NCBI GenBank assembly: GCA_028826165.1
Contig: JAPDFW010000044.1
Span: 594,618 to 658,617 of the forward strand
Direction of reading: 5' to 3'
DNA from: Anaeramoeba ignava BMAN
Lineage: Eukaryota; Protista; Anaeramoebae
Length of the DNA stretch: 64,000 nt
Positions 42,961 to 55,000 of this stretch are shown here, one piece after another. The notes under the pieces were generated by a model. It was not told the DNA's origin, searched no databases, and was given only the letters and a program-made list of their open reading frames with translations. The position numbers were made by a program, and so were the translations under genes. How positions within the stretch are numbered: position 1 is the first letter of the stretch; each line of letters opens with the position of its first letter.

Positions 42961-45900
42961 TTATTTTTTAAATTGAAACCAAAATGGAATTTTATTTTCA
43001 TTCCATTTTCTAATAAGTGGAACAATTTGATCTTTTTCAAGTTCATTTAAATTTGAATTTGAAATCCAAAAAGATAAACAATCAAGTAATTTTTGGAATT
43101 GATTTTGATAATTTTCAAAAAGAGTTTTACTTGAAAAATATAAAAATGATTCAATAATAAAAGGAGTGATTTTATGAATTGGTGAATTTCCAATTATTGA
43201 TAACCATCTCCATGCATCTGAAATTGGAAAAGAATTATGATTATGTGAGAAAAGTGCTCCAAAAAATGATATAATTGAACTCATTCGATTAAAAAAATCT
43301 TTTTCATCTTCATTTTCTTCTATTCCCATTATTCGATTATATTCTTCATCGCTTTGATTTTCATTTGGACTTCCAAATGGAATTGTTAAAAAACATTTTG
43401 CGTTTAACATTCCAATAATAATTTGTGAAAATTCTCCAAATCCTCCATTAATAATTTCAATAACTAATGTTGAAAGATGAAGTCTTGAAATTCTTTCTTT
43501 TTTGTTACATTTTAACTTGATTTTTTGGAAAATATAATATGCAATATAAAGTAATGCTGATGATAATTTTTGAGGATCATTTTTGATTTTATTAAGTTCT
43601 TGTTTAATATTGGAAATTATTAAATTTGCGTTGTCTCCAGTGAACCTATTCAGCAATTTTTCAATTTTTGAATGTTCTTTTTCTGCTTCATTTATATAAA
43701 AATTGGACACTTGATTTTGATATAATTGAATTTGATTTCGGGTTTGTTGATAATATGTTTTAATTTGATTTTGAATTTGATTTTGATCTTCATTTTGATT
43801 TTGGTTTTGATCTTCATTTTGATTTTGATTTTGAATTTGATTTTGATTTTGATCTTCAATTTGATTTTGATCTTGATTTAAATTTTGATTTTGAATTTCA
43901 TTTTGATTTTGGTTTTGATTTTGAATTTCATTTTGATTTTGATTTTGATTTTGATCTTCATTTTGGTTTTGGTTTTGATTTTGAATTTCATTTTGATTTT
44001 GATTTTCAATTTCATTTTGATTTTGATCTTGATTTTGAATTTCAATTTGGTTTTGATTTTCAATTTCATTTTGATTTTGATTTTGATTTAAATTTTGATT
44101 TAAATTTTGATTTTGAATAAATTGTTGGAATTGATTTTGTAATTGATTTATCTGTTGTTGTAATTGGTTAATTGTTTTTTGATTTTCTTGATTTTCTTTT
44201 TCTTTTTGAATGATGAATTTGTTTTCATTTTTAAGTTTGTTTTCTAATTGGATAATTTTTTGTTGTAATTGATTAATCGTTTCTTGATTTGTTTCTTTTT
44301 GAATGATGAATTTATTTTGATTTTTAAGTTGGTTTTCGTGTTGTTTTATCTGTTGTTGTAATTGGTTAATTGTTTTTTGATTTTCTTGATTTTCTTTTTC
44401 TTTTTCATTTTGAAATTGAATCATTTTTTGTTGGAATTCAGATTTGAATTGAATCATCTGTTGTTGAAATTCAATTTCATTTTGATTCTGGGTTTTATCA
44501 TTTTGATTTTGATTTTTTTGTTTTTTTAAATAAGTAACTTGATTTTCTTGAATAATTTCTTGTTGATTTTCTTTTCTTTTATTTTTATTTCTTTCTCTTT
44601 TTGTTTGACTTCTTCTTTCTTTTCTTTTTGGAGTTTCTCTTTTTGGAGTTTTTGTTTTTATTAGTTCTTTTGTTTTTATTGGTTCTTTTGTTTTTATTAC
44701 TTGATTGGTTTTGGTTAAATTGTTTTTTCTTTGCATTGTTTTTTTTTTATCTTTAATATTCTTAATTAATTCATCATTTTCTTTTTGGTTTTGTTTAATT
44801 TCTTGTATTTTTTTTAACATATCATTTTTGTTTTCTTCTTCATTTTTTTGATTGAAAGAATTTGGAACAGATTCTTGAAAAATATTTTCTATTTTATTTT
44901 CTGTTTCAATAATTTCTTTGAATTTTTGATCTAAATTTTTTTTTTTGATCAAAATTTGTGAAATTCTTTTTTTGTTTTGTTCAAAATTAATTTTGTTTTT
45001 ATTTTGTTTTTCATAAATTATTTTTTTCATTTCTTTGAATTTTTGAATTAATTGTTTTAGATGGTTAAATTTATGAACCAATTTTTGAATTTGATTTTCA
45101 TCAACATTTTCTAATTCATTTTGATATTGATATTGATATTGATTTTCATTTTCATTTTCATTTTCATTTTCATTTATAGCTAATTTCTTTATATTATTGA
45201 TTTCTTCATTTTCATCTTCATCTTCATTTTGATTTTCTTTTTCGTTTTCATCTTCATTTTCATCTTCATCTTCAATAATTTTTTGAATTTCTAAAATATT
45301 TTGATTTTCTTTTTCATTATCTGAATAAAAATTTAAATCAATTTGTTTTTGAATTTTTGGTTTTGTTTGTAAATTTTCTGAAATTATTTTCAAAAATTGA
45401 TCTTTGGAATAATTTTGCTGGAATAATTCTTCAATTTTGTTTAAATTTAAATTTAAATTAATAACTGAAAGTACTTTGGAATTATAACAGATAATTTGAT
45501 TCGTAATTGTATTATGAATGGAATTTTTGTTTAATTTTTGTTTGTAATTAATGAAAATATTTGCTATATTTGATTGATTATTATTATTATTTAAAATATA
45601 AGTTAAGTAATGAATTAATTCATTTTTTTCCTTATTTATTTCTTGATTTTGAATATCTTTCCAATTTGGTTCTTGTATTTCATTTTGGAAATAAATTTTC
45701 ATTTCATTTTGAGTGTTTGTAATTAATAATATTCGGAAATGTTCATTTGAAATTGTTGAAATTGTTGAAATTTGATTGAATGAATTCTTAAAATTTTGTA
45801 AACTTTGTTTTTTTTCATGAGAATTGGAAACTTTTAAAGGAATAATAGAAAGTTTTTGAAGAGAAGGAATGAATGAATCTTTTTCAAATTTTGGTTTTTG

Positions 45901-46692
45901 TGTGATAATAAAATCTGTTTTCAGTTGAGAATTTTGTTTCCAATTAGAAATAATTTGAAGCCATTTTTGATTTTGAATTTGATTTTGAATTTGATTTTTA
46001 TTTTGAATTTGATTTTCATTTTGGTTTTCAGAAAATAATTTTTGAATTAAATTTGTTGAAATTTTTGACTTAAAAGGAATAAAAGGAGAAAGAAAAAATA
46101 TTTCATCTTGTGAAGTGCATAAATAAATCCCAAAATTTTCCCATAATCGATCTTCATAATTATTTCCAAAACAAAATCCAGTAACTTGAAATGTTTTTTG
46201 GAAAAAAATATTATTCCCAATTAAATCTTCAAAACGAAGTGATAAAAATTGTTCAGGTTTTTTTGGTTGATTGATTTCATAAATGTAAAGTTCATTAAGT
46301 GAAGTTAAAATAACCAAATGATTTTCAGAAAAAGGATGGAAATCAATTTGAATAATTTTGTTATTGATTTCAATTCCAAATTCTTTAACATAAAATGATT
46401 TTTCTTTTTGTAACATTTTTGATGGAATTTTAAAAATAAAACAATTAGATTCATTATAAAGAAGAACATCAGTTAATAAATCATTTGACTTGATATTTGT
46501 TATTGGTTTTAAAATTTGAGGTTGTTTTTCAAGAAGTAAATTAAATTGTTTTGGATCTTTTTCATTTAAATAAAATATTTTAAGATTTCCTAAAGATTCT
46601 TTTGAAGAAATTGATTCATTAAATAAAATTTGAGCAAATTTATGAATGAATAATAATTTAAAAGTATTTTTTGAATCAATTTCTTGATTCAT
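42961..46692 (-). CDS. Putative Nup88/Nup82 (N-terminal beta-propeller + coiled coil) - Gle1 (C-terminal domain) fusion nucleoporin, 1243 aa, single ORF
   Basis: N-terminal IIQIDFHPFSENHLVILTSLNELYIY and FCFG...WENFGIYLC...EIFFLSPFIP match Nup88/Nup82 propeller motifs. C-terminal GMLNAKCFLTIPF...EEYNRIMG...EDEKDFFNRMSSIISFFGAL...AWRWLS..N....ITPFIIESFL...L...YQNQFQKLL matches the GLE1 domain. Confidence 0.8.
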   Translation of the reverse strand: MNQEIDSKNTFKLLFIHKFAQILFNESISSKESLGNLKIFYLNEKDPKQFNLLLEKQPQILKPITNIKSNDLLTDVLLYNESNCFIFKIPSKMLQKEKSFYVKEFGIEINNKIIQIDFHPFSENHLVILTSLNELYIYEINQPKKPEQFLSLRFEDLIGNNIFFQKTFQVTGFCFGNNYEDRLWENFGIYLCTSQDEIFFLSPFIPFKSKISTNLIQKLFSENQNENQIQNKNQIQNQIQNQKWLQIISNWKQNSQLKTDFIITQKPKFEKDSFIPSLQKLSIIPLKVSNSHEKKQSLQNFKNSFNQISTISTISNEHFRILLITNTQNEMKIYFQNEIQEPNWKDIQNQEINKEKNELIHYLTYILNNNNNQSNIANIFINYKQKLNKNSIHNTITNQIICYNSKVLSVINLNLNLNKIEELFQQNYSKDQFLKIISENLQTKPKIQKQIDLNFYSDNEKENQNILEIQKIIEDEDENEDENEKENQNEDEDENEEINNIKKLAINENENENENENQYQYQYQNELENVDENQIQKLVHKFNHLKQLIQKFKEMKKIIYEKQNKNKINFEQNKKRISQILIKKKNLDQKFKEIIETENKIENIFQESVPNSFNQKNEEENKNDMLKKIQEIKQNQKENDELIKNIKDKKKTMQRKNNLTKTNQVIKTKEPIKTKELIKTKTPKRETPKRKERRSQTKRERNKNKRKENQQEIIQENQVTYLKKQKNQNQNDKTQNQNEIEFQQQMIQFKSEFQQKMIQFQNEKEKENQENQKTINQLQQQIKQHENQLKNQNKFIIQKETNQETINQLQQKIIQLENKLKNENKFIIQKEKENQENQKTINQLQQQINQLQNQFQQFIQNQNLNQNLNQNQNQNEIENQNQIEIQNQDQNQNEIENQNQNEIQNQNQNQNEDQNQNQNQNEIQNQNQNQNEIQNQNLNQDQNQIEDQNQNQIQNQNQNEDQNQNQNEDQNQIQNQIKTYYQQTRNQIQLYQNQVSNFYINEAEKEHSKIEKLLNRFTGDNANLIISNIKQELNKIKNDPQKLSSALLYIAYYIFQKIKLKCNKKERISRLHLSTLVIEIINGGFGEFSQIIIGMLNAKCFLTIPFGSPNENQSDEEYNRIMGIEENEDEKDFFNRMSSIISFFGALFSHNHNSFPISDAWRWLSIIGNSPIHKITPFIIESFLYFSSKTLFENYQNQFQKLLDCLSFWISNSNLNELEKDQIVPLIRKWNENKIPFWFQFKK

Positions 46693-46849
46693 TTTTTATT
46701 TAAAAAAAAATGAAAAAGAAAAAAAATGAAAAAAAATTTTTTATTTATTTTTTATTTATTTTTAATTTTTCTTCTTTTTATTTTTTTTTTCTCCTTTTAA
46801 TAAAAAAAATAATTTTAATCAAAAATATATATATAATAAAATAATAATT

Positions 46850-47905
46850 AATTTATTATTTTGCAATAAAATTAATCAAAAAATAATTTAAAAAAGTATT
46901 TATTATTAATATTAAATAATTATTATTAAAAATAATGAAATAAATTTAATTAAAATATTTTATTTATTAATTTACTTAATTTTTAATAATAATTAATTTA
47001 CTATTTTATAAATAAAATTAATTAACAAACAATTTAAAAAAGTATTTATTATTAATATTAAAATAATTATTATTATAAATAATGAAATAAATTTAATTAA
47101 AATATTTTATTTATTAATTTATTTAATTTTTAATTATAATTAATTTACTATTTTGCAATAAAATTAATTAAAAATAATTTAAAAAGTATTTATTATTAAT
47201 ATTAAATTAATATTATTATAAAAAGGAAATAAAATTAATTAAAATATTTTATTTATTAATTTATTTAATTTTTAATAATAATTAATTTATTATTTTGCAA
47301 TAAAATTAATCAAAAATAATTTAAAAATAATTTATTATTAATATTAAATAAAGAAATTATTATTATTAAGAATAAAAAAGAAATAAAATTAATTAAAATA
47401 TTTTATTTATTAATTTATTTAATTTTTAATTATAATTAATTTATTATTTTGCAATAAAATTAATCAAAAACAATTTAAAAAGTATTTATTATTAATATTA
47501 AATAAATTATTATTAAAAATAATGAAATAAAATTAATTAAAATATTTTATTTATTAATTTATTTAATTTTTAATTATAATTAATTTATTATTTTTAAATA
47601 AAATTAAAAAAAAAAAACAATTAATTAAAAAAGTATTTATTATTAATATTAAATAATTATTATTAAAAATAAAGAAATAAAATTAATTAAAATATTTTAT
47701 TTATTAATTTATTTAATTTTTAATTATAATTAATTTATTATTTTACAATAAAATTAATTAAAAAACAATTTAAAAAAGTATTTATTATTAATATTAAATA
47801 ATTATTATTAAAAATAAAGAAATAAAATTAATTAAAATATTTTATTTATTAATTTACTTAATTTTTAATTATAATTAATTTACTATTTTGCAATAAAATT
47901 AATTA
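46850..47905. repeat. AT-rich tandem minisatellite, ~7 units of ~147 bp, in a divergent intergenic region
   Basis: The anchor TTTTGCAATAAAATTAAT (or variant) recurs at about 46863, 47008, 47155, 47297, 47451, 47595, 47745 and 47890. Confidence 0.85.
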
Positions 47906-47920
47906 GGAAACGTTCTAAAA

Positions 47921-47960
47921 TATTTTTTCATTTTTTTTTTCATTTTTCATTTTTTTTTCT
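47921..47960 (+). promoter_or_regulatory. Initiator-like TTTCATTTT cluster upstream of SF3A1 (example of a window-wide motif)
   Basis: Three TCATTT copies 40-80 nt before the ATG at 48002. The same motif precedes most genes on their sense strand. Confidence 0.55.
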
Positions 47961-48001
47961 ATTTCAAAAATAATAAAAATAAAAATAAAAAGTTAATAAA
48001 T

Positions 48002-51000
48002 ATGTCAGTTGGAATTATTTATCCACCAAAAGATACAAGAAGTAAGTCATTCTTTTTAAAAAATTAAATTAAAAATTAAAATAAATTAAAAAAATTGTTT
48101 TAATTTAGAAATGATTGATACAACAGCAACGTTTGTTGCAAAAAACGGACCGAATTTTGAAAAGAACGTAATAGCAAAACACGCAAGAGATCCTAAATTT
48201 TCATTTTTTAATCAAGCAGATCCTTTTCATGCTTATTATCAAAGACAAGTTGAACTTGAAAAAAAAACTTGAAAACGAACAAAAAACAAAAATTGAAAAA
48301 ATAAAAGGAAATAAAATTGAAACCAATTCAAACAATAATATTATTCAAGAAACAGAAGAAGATTCTCAAAATTTAGAATCTTTTTTAGAAAATGAAAATC
48401 AAAATCAAATTGAAAAAAAACAAGAACAAAAAGTTAAAACGGAATTTGAACAATTAATTGATGAATTTAATGGTAAATTACCTAGATCTTTTCATACTCC
48501 TTCAAAACCTGATTCTAAATTGTTTGGTGTTACTTGTCCTATTCAAACAACAGCAATAACTTTGTAATTATTTTTCATTTTTAAAATTAAAATTAAAATT
48601 AAAATTAAAATTAAAATTAAAATTAAAATTAAAATTAAAATCAAAATTAAAATTTAATATTAAAATTAAAATTAAAATTAAAATTAAAATCAAAATTAAA
48701 ATTAAAATTAAAATTAAAATTAAAATTAAAATTAAAATTAAAATTAAAATTAAAATTAAAATTTAAAATTAAAATTAAAATTAAAATTAAAATTAAAATT
48801 AAAATTAAAATTAAAATTAAAATTAAAATTAAAATTAAAATTAAAATTAAAATTAAAATTAAAATTAATATTAAAATTAAAATTAAAATTAAAATTAATA
48901 TTAAAATTAAATAGAGATTTGATTAAACTTTCTGCTCAATATGTTTGTAGAAATGGAAAAACTTTTTCAACAGGTTTAATAATGAGAGAAAATCAAAATC
49001 CCCAATTTGAATTTTTTACAAAACAATCACCATTATATGGGATTTTTAATACTTTTATTGATCAATATTCGCATTGTTTAAATCCAAGACAAGAAACAAT
49101 TGAAATGTTAAAAAAATATTCAACAGATCCAATTTCAGTTTATAATTCAATTAAGCAACATTCTGATTGGATAAAATATCATGAAAACAAAATCAAACCA
49201 CAAGAAGAAAATGAAGATCGAGGTAAATATTTAATAATAATAATATATTTAATAATAATATAATATTTTTAATAATAATATTTTTAATAATAATATTTAA
49301 TAATAATATTTAATAATAATATTTAATAATAATATTTTTAATAATAATATTTAATAATAATATATTAATAATATTTAATAATAATATTTAATAATAATAT
49401 TTTTAATAATAATTTTTAATATTTTTAATATTTTTAATATTTTTAATAATATTTTTTAATAAAATATTTAATAATAATATTTAATAATAATATTTTTAAT
49501 AATATTTTTTAATATTTTTAGAAATTATGGATTTGATCGATTGGCAGAATTTTGTTATTGTTGATACTTTTGATTTCGAGGAAGATGAAAGTGAAAAGAA
49601 TGCTCAAACAAAATCTCAAGACCAAGAAATACTAGATGATATGGGAGACGATATGGAAATTGAAGATCAAAATAATTCTCAATTAACAACATCAGCATTT
49701 CCAATTGATTATAAAAATATTAAAAAAAAAGAAACACAAACACAAAACCAAAAATCAAACAAATTACCACAACTTTATCAAATCTCTCCAATTACAAACG
49801 AGAAAGTTCCATTAGATGAGTTCACAAAACATTTAAGATTGAGCTTGAAAAACAAAGAACAAGAAAAAATTGATAGAGAAGTTAAAAATCGCCCAATGGA
49901 TTCAAATCTGGCACCTTCAGAACAGATCTCTGGGTATTTGAACAAATTATCAGAAAAACGTCCTGATATTTTTGGTGATGGAGATGATAATTTTGAAGAT
50001 GAGGAAAACAAAGAGAAAAAGAAAGATACAGTTTACTGGGATGGTCACTTAAAAAGTATCCCGATAATTCATGCAAAAATGCAACAAAAAACACTTTCCA
50101 ATTTAGTTTCAAACACACAGCAATTGGGAGGAAATCAAGAGAATCCAGGATTTATTCAGCCTCCAGGAATGCAAGGATATGAACAGGTATCTGATATTTA
50201 CCAACAACAAAAACCAAATACAAATTTAAGTGGAAATTTAAGTGGAAATTTAAGTGGAAATTTAAATACAAATTTAAATACAAATTTAAACCCAATTCCA
50301 ACAAAAATTATAAATCAACCTTTAATTACAAATACACAACCAAACCCTATTCAAAATCCTCATTTTCATTCAAATCCAATAAATCCAATAAATCCAATAA
50401 ATCCAATAAATCCAATAAATCCAATAAATCCAATAAATCCAACATTCCCAAATACAGTTCAAAATCCCCGATTCAAAACACCCTCACAACCAACACCTTT
50501 TAATCCAAACATACAATTTCAACACAATCCAAATACAGCCCAAAATATTCAACAGATTCCAATAAACAGAATGGTTAATCCACAAGGACCTATTCCAGCA
50601 ATTTCTCATCAAGTAAATCAACAGAAACCAACACCTTCATTTAACAATCCAATAAACCAAAATTTTCAACATAATCCAATGATTCAAAATAATCAAGCAC
50701 AAGATAGAGTAGATGATCAAAATAAACGAGCAAGAACACAAAATTCACAACTTCTGCCGGAAAATATTTTTATTGAACAAACTGGAGAAAATATTGATAT
50801 TTCAATTCAAATTCCAAATTCACAAAATTCAAATAATTGGAAACTTAATGGGCAAGTTATTCATTTTGAAAATGTTAATATTAGAAGTAAAATTAGAGAA
50901 ATTAAGGAAATGATTGAAAAGGAAATTTTAATTCCTCCAAATAAACAAAAAATTAAATCACCAACTGGAATTTGGACAAAAGATTCAAAATCATTAGCTT

Positions 51001-51068
51001 TTTATAATTTTCCAAATGGTTCATTGATTCAACTTTCAGAAAAAAAAAGAGGAGGAAGAAAGAATTAA
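48002..51068 (+). CDS. SF3A1: Splicing factor 3A subunit 1 (Prp21/SAP114)
   Basis: MSVGIIYPPKDTR, SURP1 IDTTATFVAKNGPNFE...KFSFFNQADPFHAYY, SURP2 LIKLSAQYVCRNG...NPQFEF, IDWQNFVIVDT, RPDIFG, WDGH, and a C-terminal ubiquitin-like domain ending KKRGGRKN. Three introns; A-run frameshift at about 48260. Confidence 0.93.
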
Positions 51069-52019
51069 ATTTTCCAAATAAAAAATCCATTTTTTTTTTA
51101 TTAAATTTTACGATTAATTTTGAATAAAACATTCATCAAATTTTAATTTAAAAAATCAATTAAAAATAAAAAAAATTTTAAACAATTACTAATTTTGAGA
51201 AAATTTTAATCAAGATTATTTAAATAAATAAAAAAATAAAAAAATAAAAAAAAGATTTCATTTTTTTTCTTTTTCTTTTTCTTTTTACTTTTTCTTTTTG
51301 AATAAAAATAAAAATAAAATAAAAATAAAAAGATTCAAGAAAGAAGAAAAATTTAAGTTTTTTTCTTTTCAACAAATATTTTCAAAATTAAATTCAGAAA
51401 AAGGTTTTTTTAAATCTTTTTCTTTTGAATAATAACTTCTCGAATAATAATAAAAATAATAATAACGGATGGGAGTTTATAAAGATTTATAATTAAAACC
51501 AAATTTAATTAAAATAATTAAAGTACCAAAATCACCTTAAAATTATAAATTTATTAAATTTATAAAAATTTTAATTAAATTTATAATTAAATTTATAATT
51601 AAAAAAGAAGAAAAATTTAAGTTTTTATTTTATTGAATTAAATCTTCAACAAATATTAAAATTTATAATTAAATTTTATATAAAAATTTATAATAAAATT
51701 TATAAAAATTATATAAAAATTATATAAAAATTATATAAAAATTTATAATTCAATTTTTTATTAAAAAAATTTATAAAAAATTAAAAAAATTTATAATAAA
51801 ATTTATAATTAAATTTAAATATTTATAAAAATTATATAAAAATTATATAAAAATTATATAAAAATTATATAAAAAAATTATAATAAAAATTATATAAAAA
51901 ATTATATATAAAAATTATATAAAAAATTATATAAAAAATTATATAAAAAATTATATAAAAATTATATAAAAAATTATATAAAAATTATATAAAAAATTAT
52001 ATAAAAAATTATAAAAAAG

Positions 52020-55000
52020 GCTTTCCAAATTTGGGTTCAAACTAACCTTTCAGATTCTTGTGGAGATTTTAGAAGTGTTATACATGGATTTGAAGATGGA
52101 GCTTGTTTAATTAATTTACTTCAAAATCTTAGTGGACAAAAGTATATCTTGATTTTTATATTCTCTATTTTATTCTTTTATTTTTATTTATATATATTTT
52201 ATTTATTTAGTATGAGAAATTTTATTACAAATCCAACATCTAAAGAAGATAAATTATCAAATGTAAAAATAGCTCTACAATTTGGCAAAAAATTAGGATT
52301 ACCATTACATATTTCTCCAAATGATATTATCGAACACAAAGAGAATAATATATTATTAATGGTATGGGAAATTGCAATGTTTTTCCGAATGAGAGAAATT
52401 CCTTATGGAGATTTCCAACCTGAAGAAATTTTACTTCCATGGTGTCAAATGTGTTCTGAACCTTTTGGTTTGGAAGTTTATGATTTAACTGATGGGTATT
52501 AAGCTTAATTTTTGATTTTTGATTTTTGTTTTCATGTTTATAAAAAAATTTTTATATTTTTTTTTGATTAGTCTTTTGGATGGAAAAATTTTCTGTGCAA
52601 TTATTGCTTTTCATAAACCTGATTTGATCCAAAAATCAATTTTTGAATCTGTATTATTAATTAAAAAAAAATCCATTTTTTTTTCAAATACATGAAATGA
52701 CCAAATTTTATTCAAATAAATTTTATTGAAATAAAATTTTTAATTGTTAATTATTACTAGCAACAAAAAAATGAAACATTTAAAGAAGTTTCTCGAGCTT
52801 GTGAAATATTAAGAATTCCTTTTATAATGGATATAGAAGATTTAGAAAAAGGAAAAATTGATAAAAAAGTCACACTTGTTTTTCTTGCAGATTTATATCA
52901 TAAATTTATAACAGAATCAGAAGTAAAAAAAAAAAAAGGAAAATTTCTTGTAATCGGAAAAAAACAGAATAATTTATTTATTTCTTTTATTTTTGAAAAA
53001 ATAATCAGTTGGAAAAATTGGGAGAATATATTGAAGAATATCAAAATAACCAAATTTTGCCTGATGAAATGCAACAAAAAGTGGCGATTCCACTTTCATT
53101 GAATTTGAAATCTTTTTTAACAAAGCATCCAACAACATTAAAAAAATCCGAAAGAAAATTACAAGAAAAAGTGAAAGAAATTGAAAAAAAGCATGAAGAA
53201 AAAATCATGGAGCTTTTTAACGAACTGAAGGCATCAGAAAAGCAAGTAAATCAACTGCGGGATGAACTTGAGAGACTCAAACAACCGAAACAAATGAAAA
53301 ACGAAGCAAAAATTGAGACACAAGAAGAAAAAGAAAAAAAAGAAGAAATTGAAAGACAAAAAAATGAGATTATCGCAAAAAACAAGGAAAAAATCAGCCA
53401 ATTGACAAAGGAAATCGAGGATCTTGACGAGCAATCGAGAGGCGAATCTTTCCAATATGCGCTTCAAATTGAAGATATGGAAACATCTGCAAAAAAACTT
53501 GAAGAGGAAATTGAGGAGATTGAAAAAAAACAAACAAAAGAAATTGAAGAACTAAAAGAGATTGCTGCAAACGAGCAAAAGCAACTTGAGGCGCAAGTTG
53601 AGGAGCTAAAAACGCAAGCGGAAAAACTGGAGAAAGAACTTGAAGAACAGCCAGAACCAGTTGAGATGGAGGACGATGAGCTGGATCAACTCAGACACAA
53701 CAGAGAGGAATTGGAAAGGCAAATGCAGGATTTGGAGCTGAAAATGCAGAGCACGCAAGAAAGCATGGAGGATTATAAGGAAAGCAGACAGGAACTTGAA
53801 GAGCAAATTGAGGAAAGTGAGAAGAAAAATTTGGGCGAAAAAAATACAATGGAAAATTATCTTCAGGAAATTCGAGAAGAAATTGAGCAATCCAAAGTGG
53901 AGATTATGCAAGAAGAATCTCGCGAGCAAGAATTGAAGCACACGCTTGCGAAGAAAGACGAGGAGCTTGAAGTGCTGAAAAAACAACTTGAAGATAAACT
54001 TGAGAATGAAAGATCAAATGAAAAAGAAGGAAAATTATTTTTGTTTATTCAAAATTTGGAGAAAAAAATTCAAGAGTCGGAATCGCGACTCAAACAATTT
54101 GAAAACTTGCATATGAAAAAGGAGCTTCAGAACCAGATCTTGAATAAAAAGAAAAATCAGATTGAGCAACTCATCCAAAAAAATGCGGAATTCAAATCAT
54201 TTACAGAATTGAACAAGAAAATCTACGAAGAAGAATCATTAAAACTTCAAGAAGAAAACGAACGGTTGAAAAAACAACTTGTTCATCAACGCGAAAAATT
54301 CGAAAAGGAGCTTTCGCAAAAATCCGAAGAAATCAAGCAATACACACGCTTGAATATCGAAAAGGAAGAAAGACAACAGGTTCTTGAAGAGGAAATTTCG
54401 GAAACAAAAAGCAAAATTATTTCGCAAAAAAAAATCCTCGATTCAAATTTGGAGAAATTGGAGGAGAAATTGAAGGAGGAAAGAACTAAATTCGAGCAAC
54501 TCCAAAAAGATAATGTTGCGTTGACTCGAAATCTTGAGGATGTGATTGCAAACTACAACTTCGATCTTGAATCGTTGAAGGAAGTTGTTGATGACACAAA
54601 AACACTTATTGAATCCAAAAAGAAAAAATCAAAGCAAGACAAATTATTACTTGAAAGCATTGATTTAATTTCAATCAAATTGGAGTATGAAAAACAAAAA
54701 TCGCAAGCGCAACAATTGCACACAGATTACGACTCTTTATCGCGAATGTTGAATGCGAAAATTGAGACAATTTCTTCGCATCGCAAACAAATTGCGCGAA
54801 TTGAAGAAAATAAAAAAATCAAATTGCATGATTTGACCCAACTGGAAAATAAATATGATATTCTTAACGAAAATTACCAAAGTTTACTTCGCTCCTCACA
54901 AACAAACTCCAAATCAGACGACAAAGAAAAGGAGCAACTATTGGCGCAATTGAATCAATATGAAGAAGTGATCCAAAAAACTTCGCGTCAGTTGATGTTC

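Noticed and set aside
51300-51660. First exon of the CH-domain gene or a separate small gene
   Set aside because: There is no convincing ATG-donor pair. The region contains a short duplicated segment and looks garbled, so it was left unresolved.
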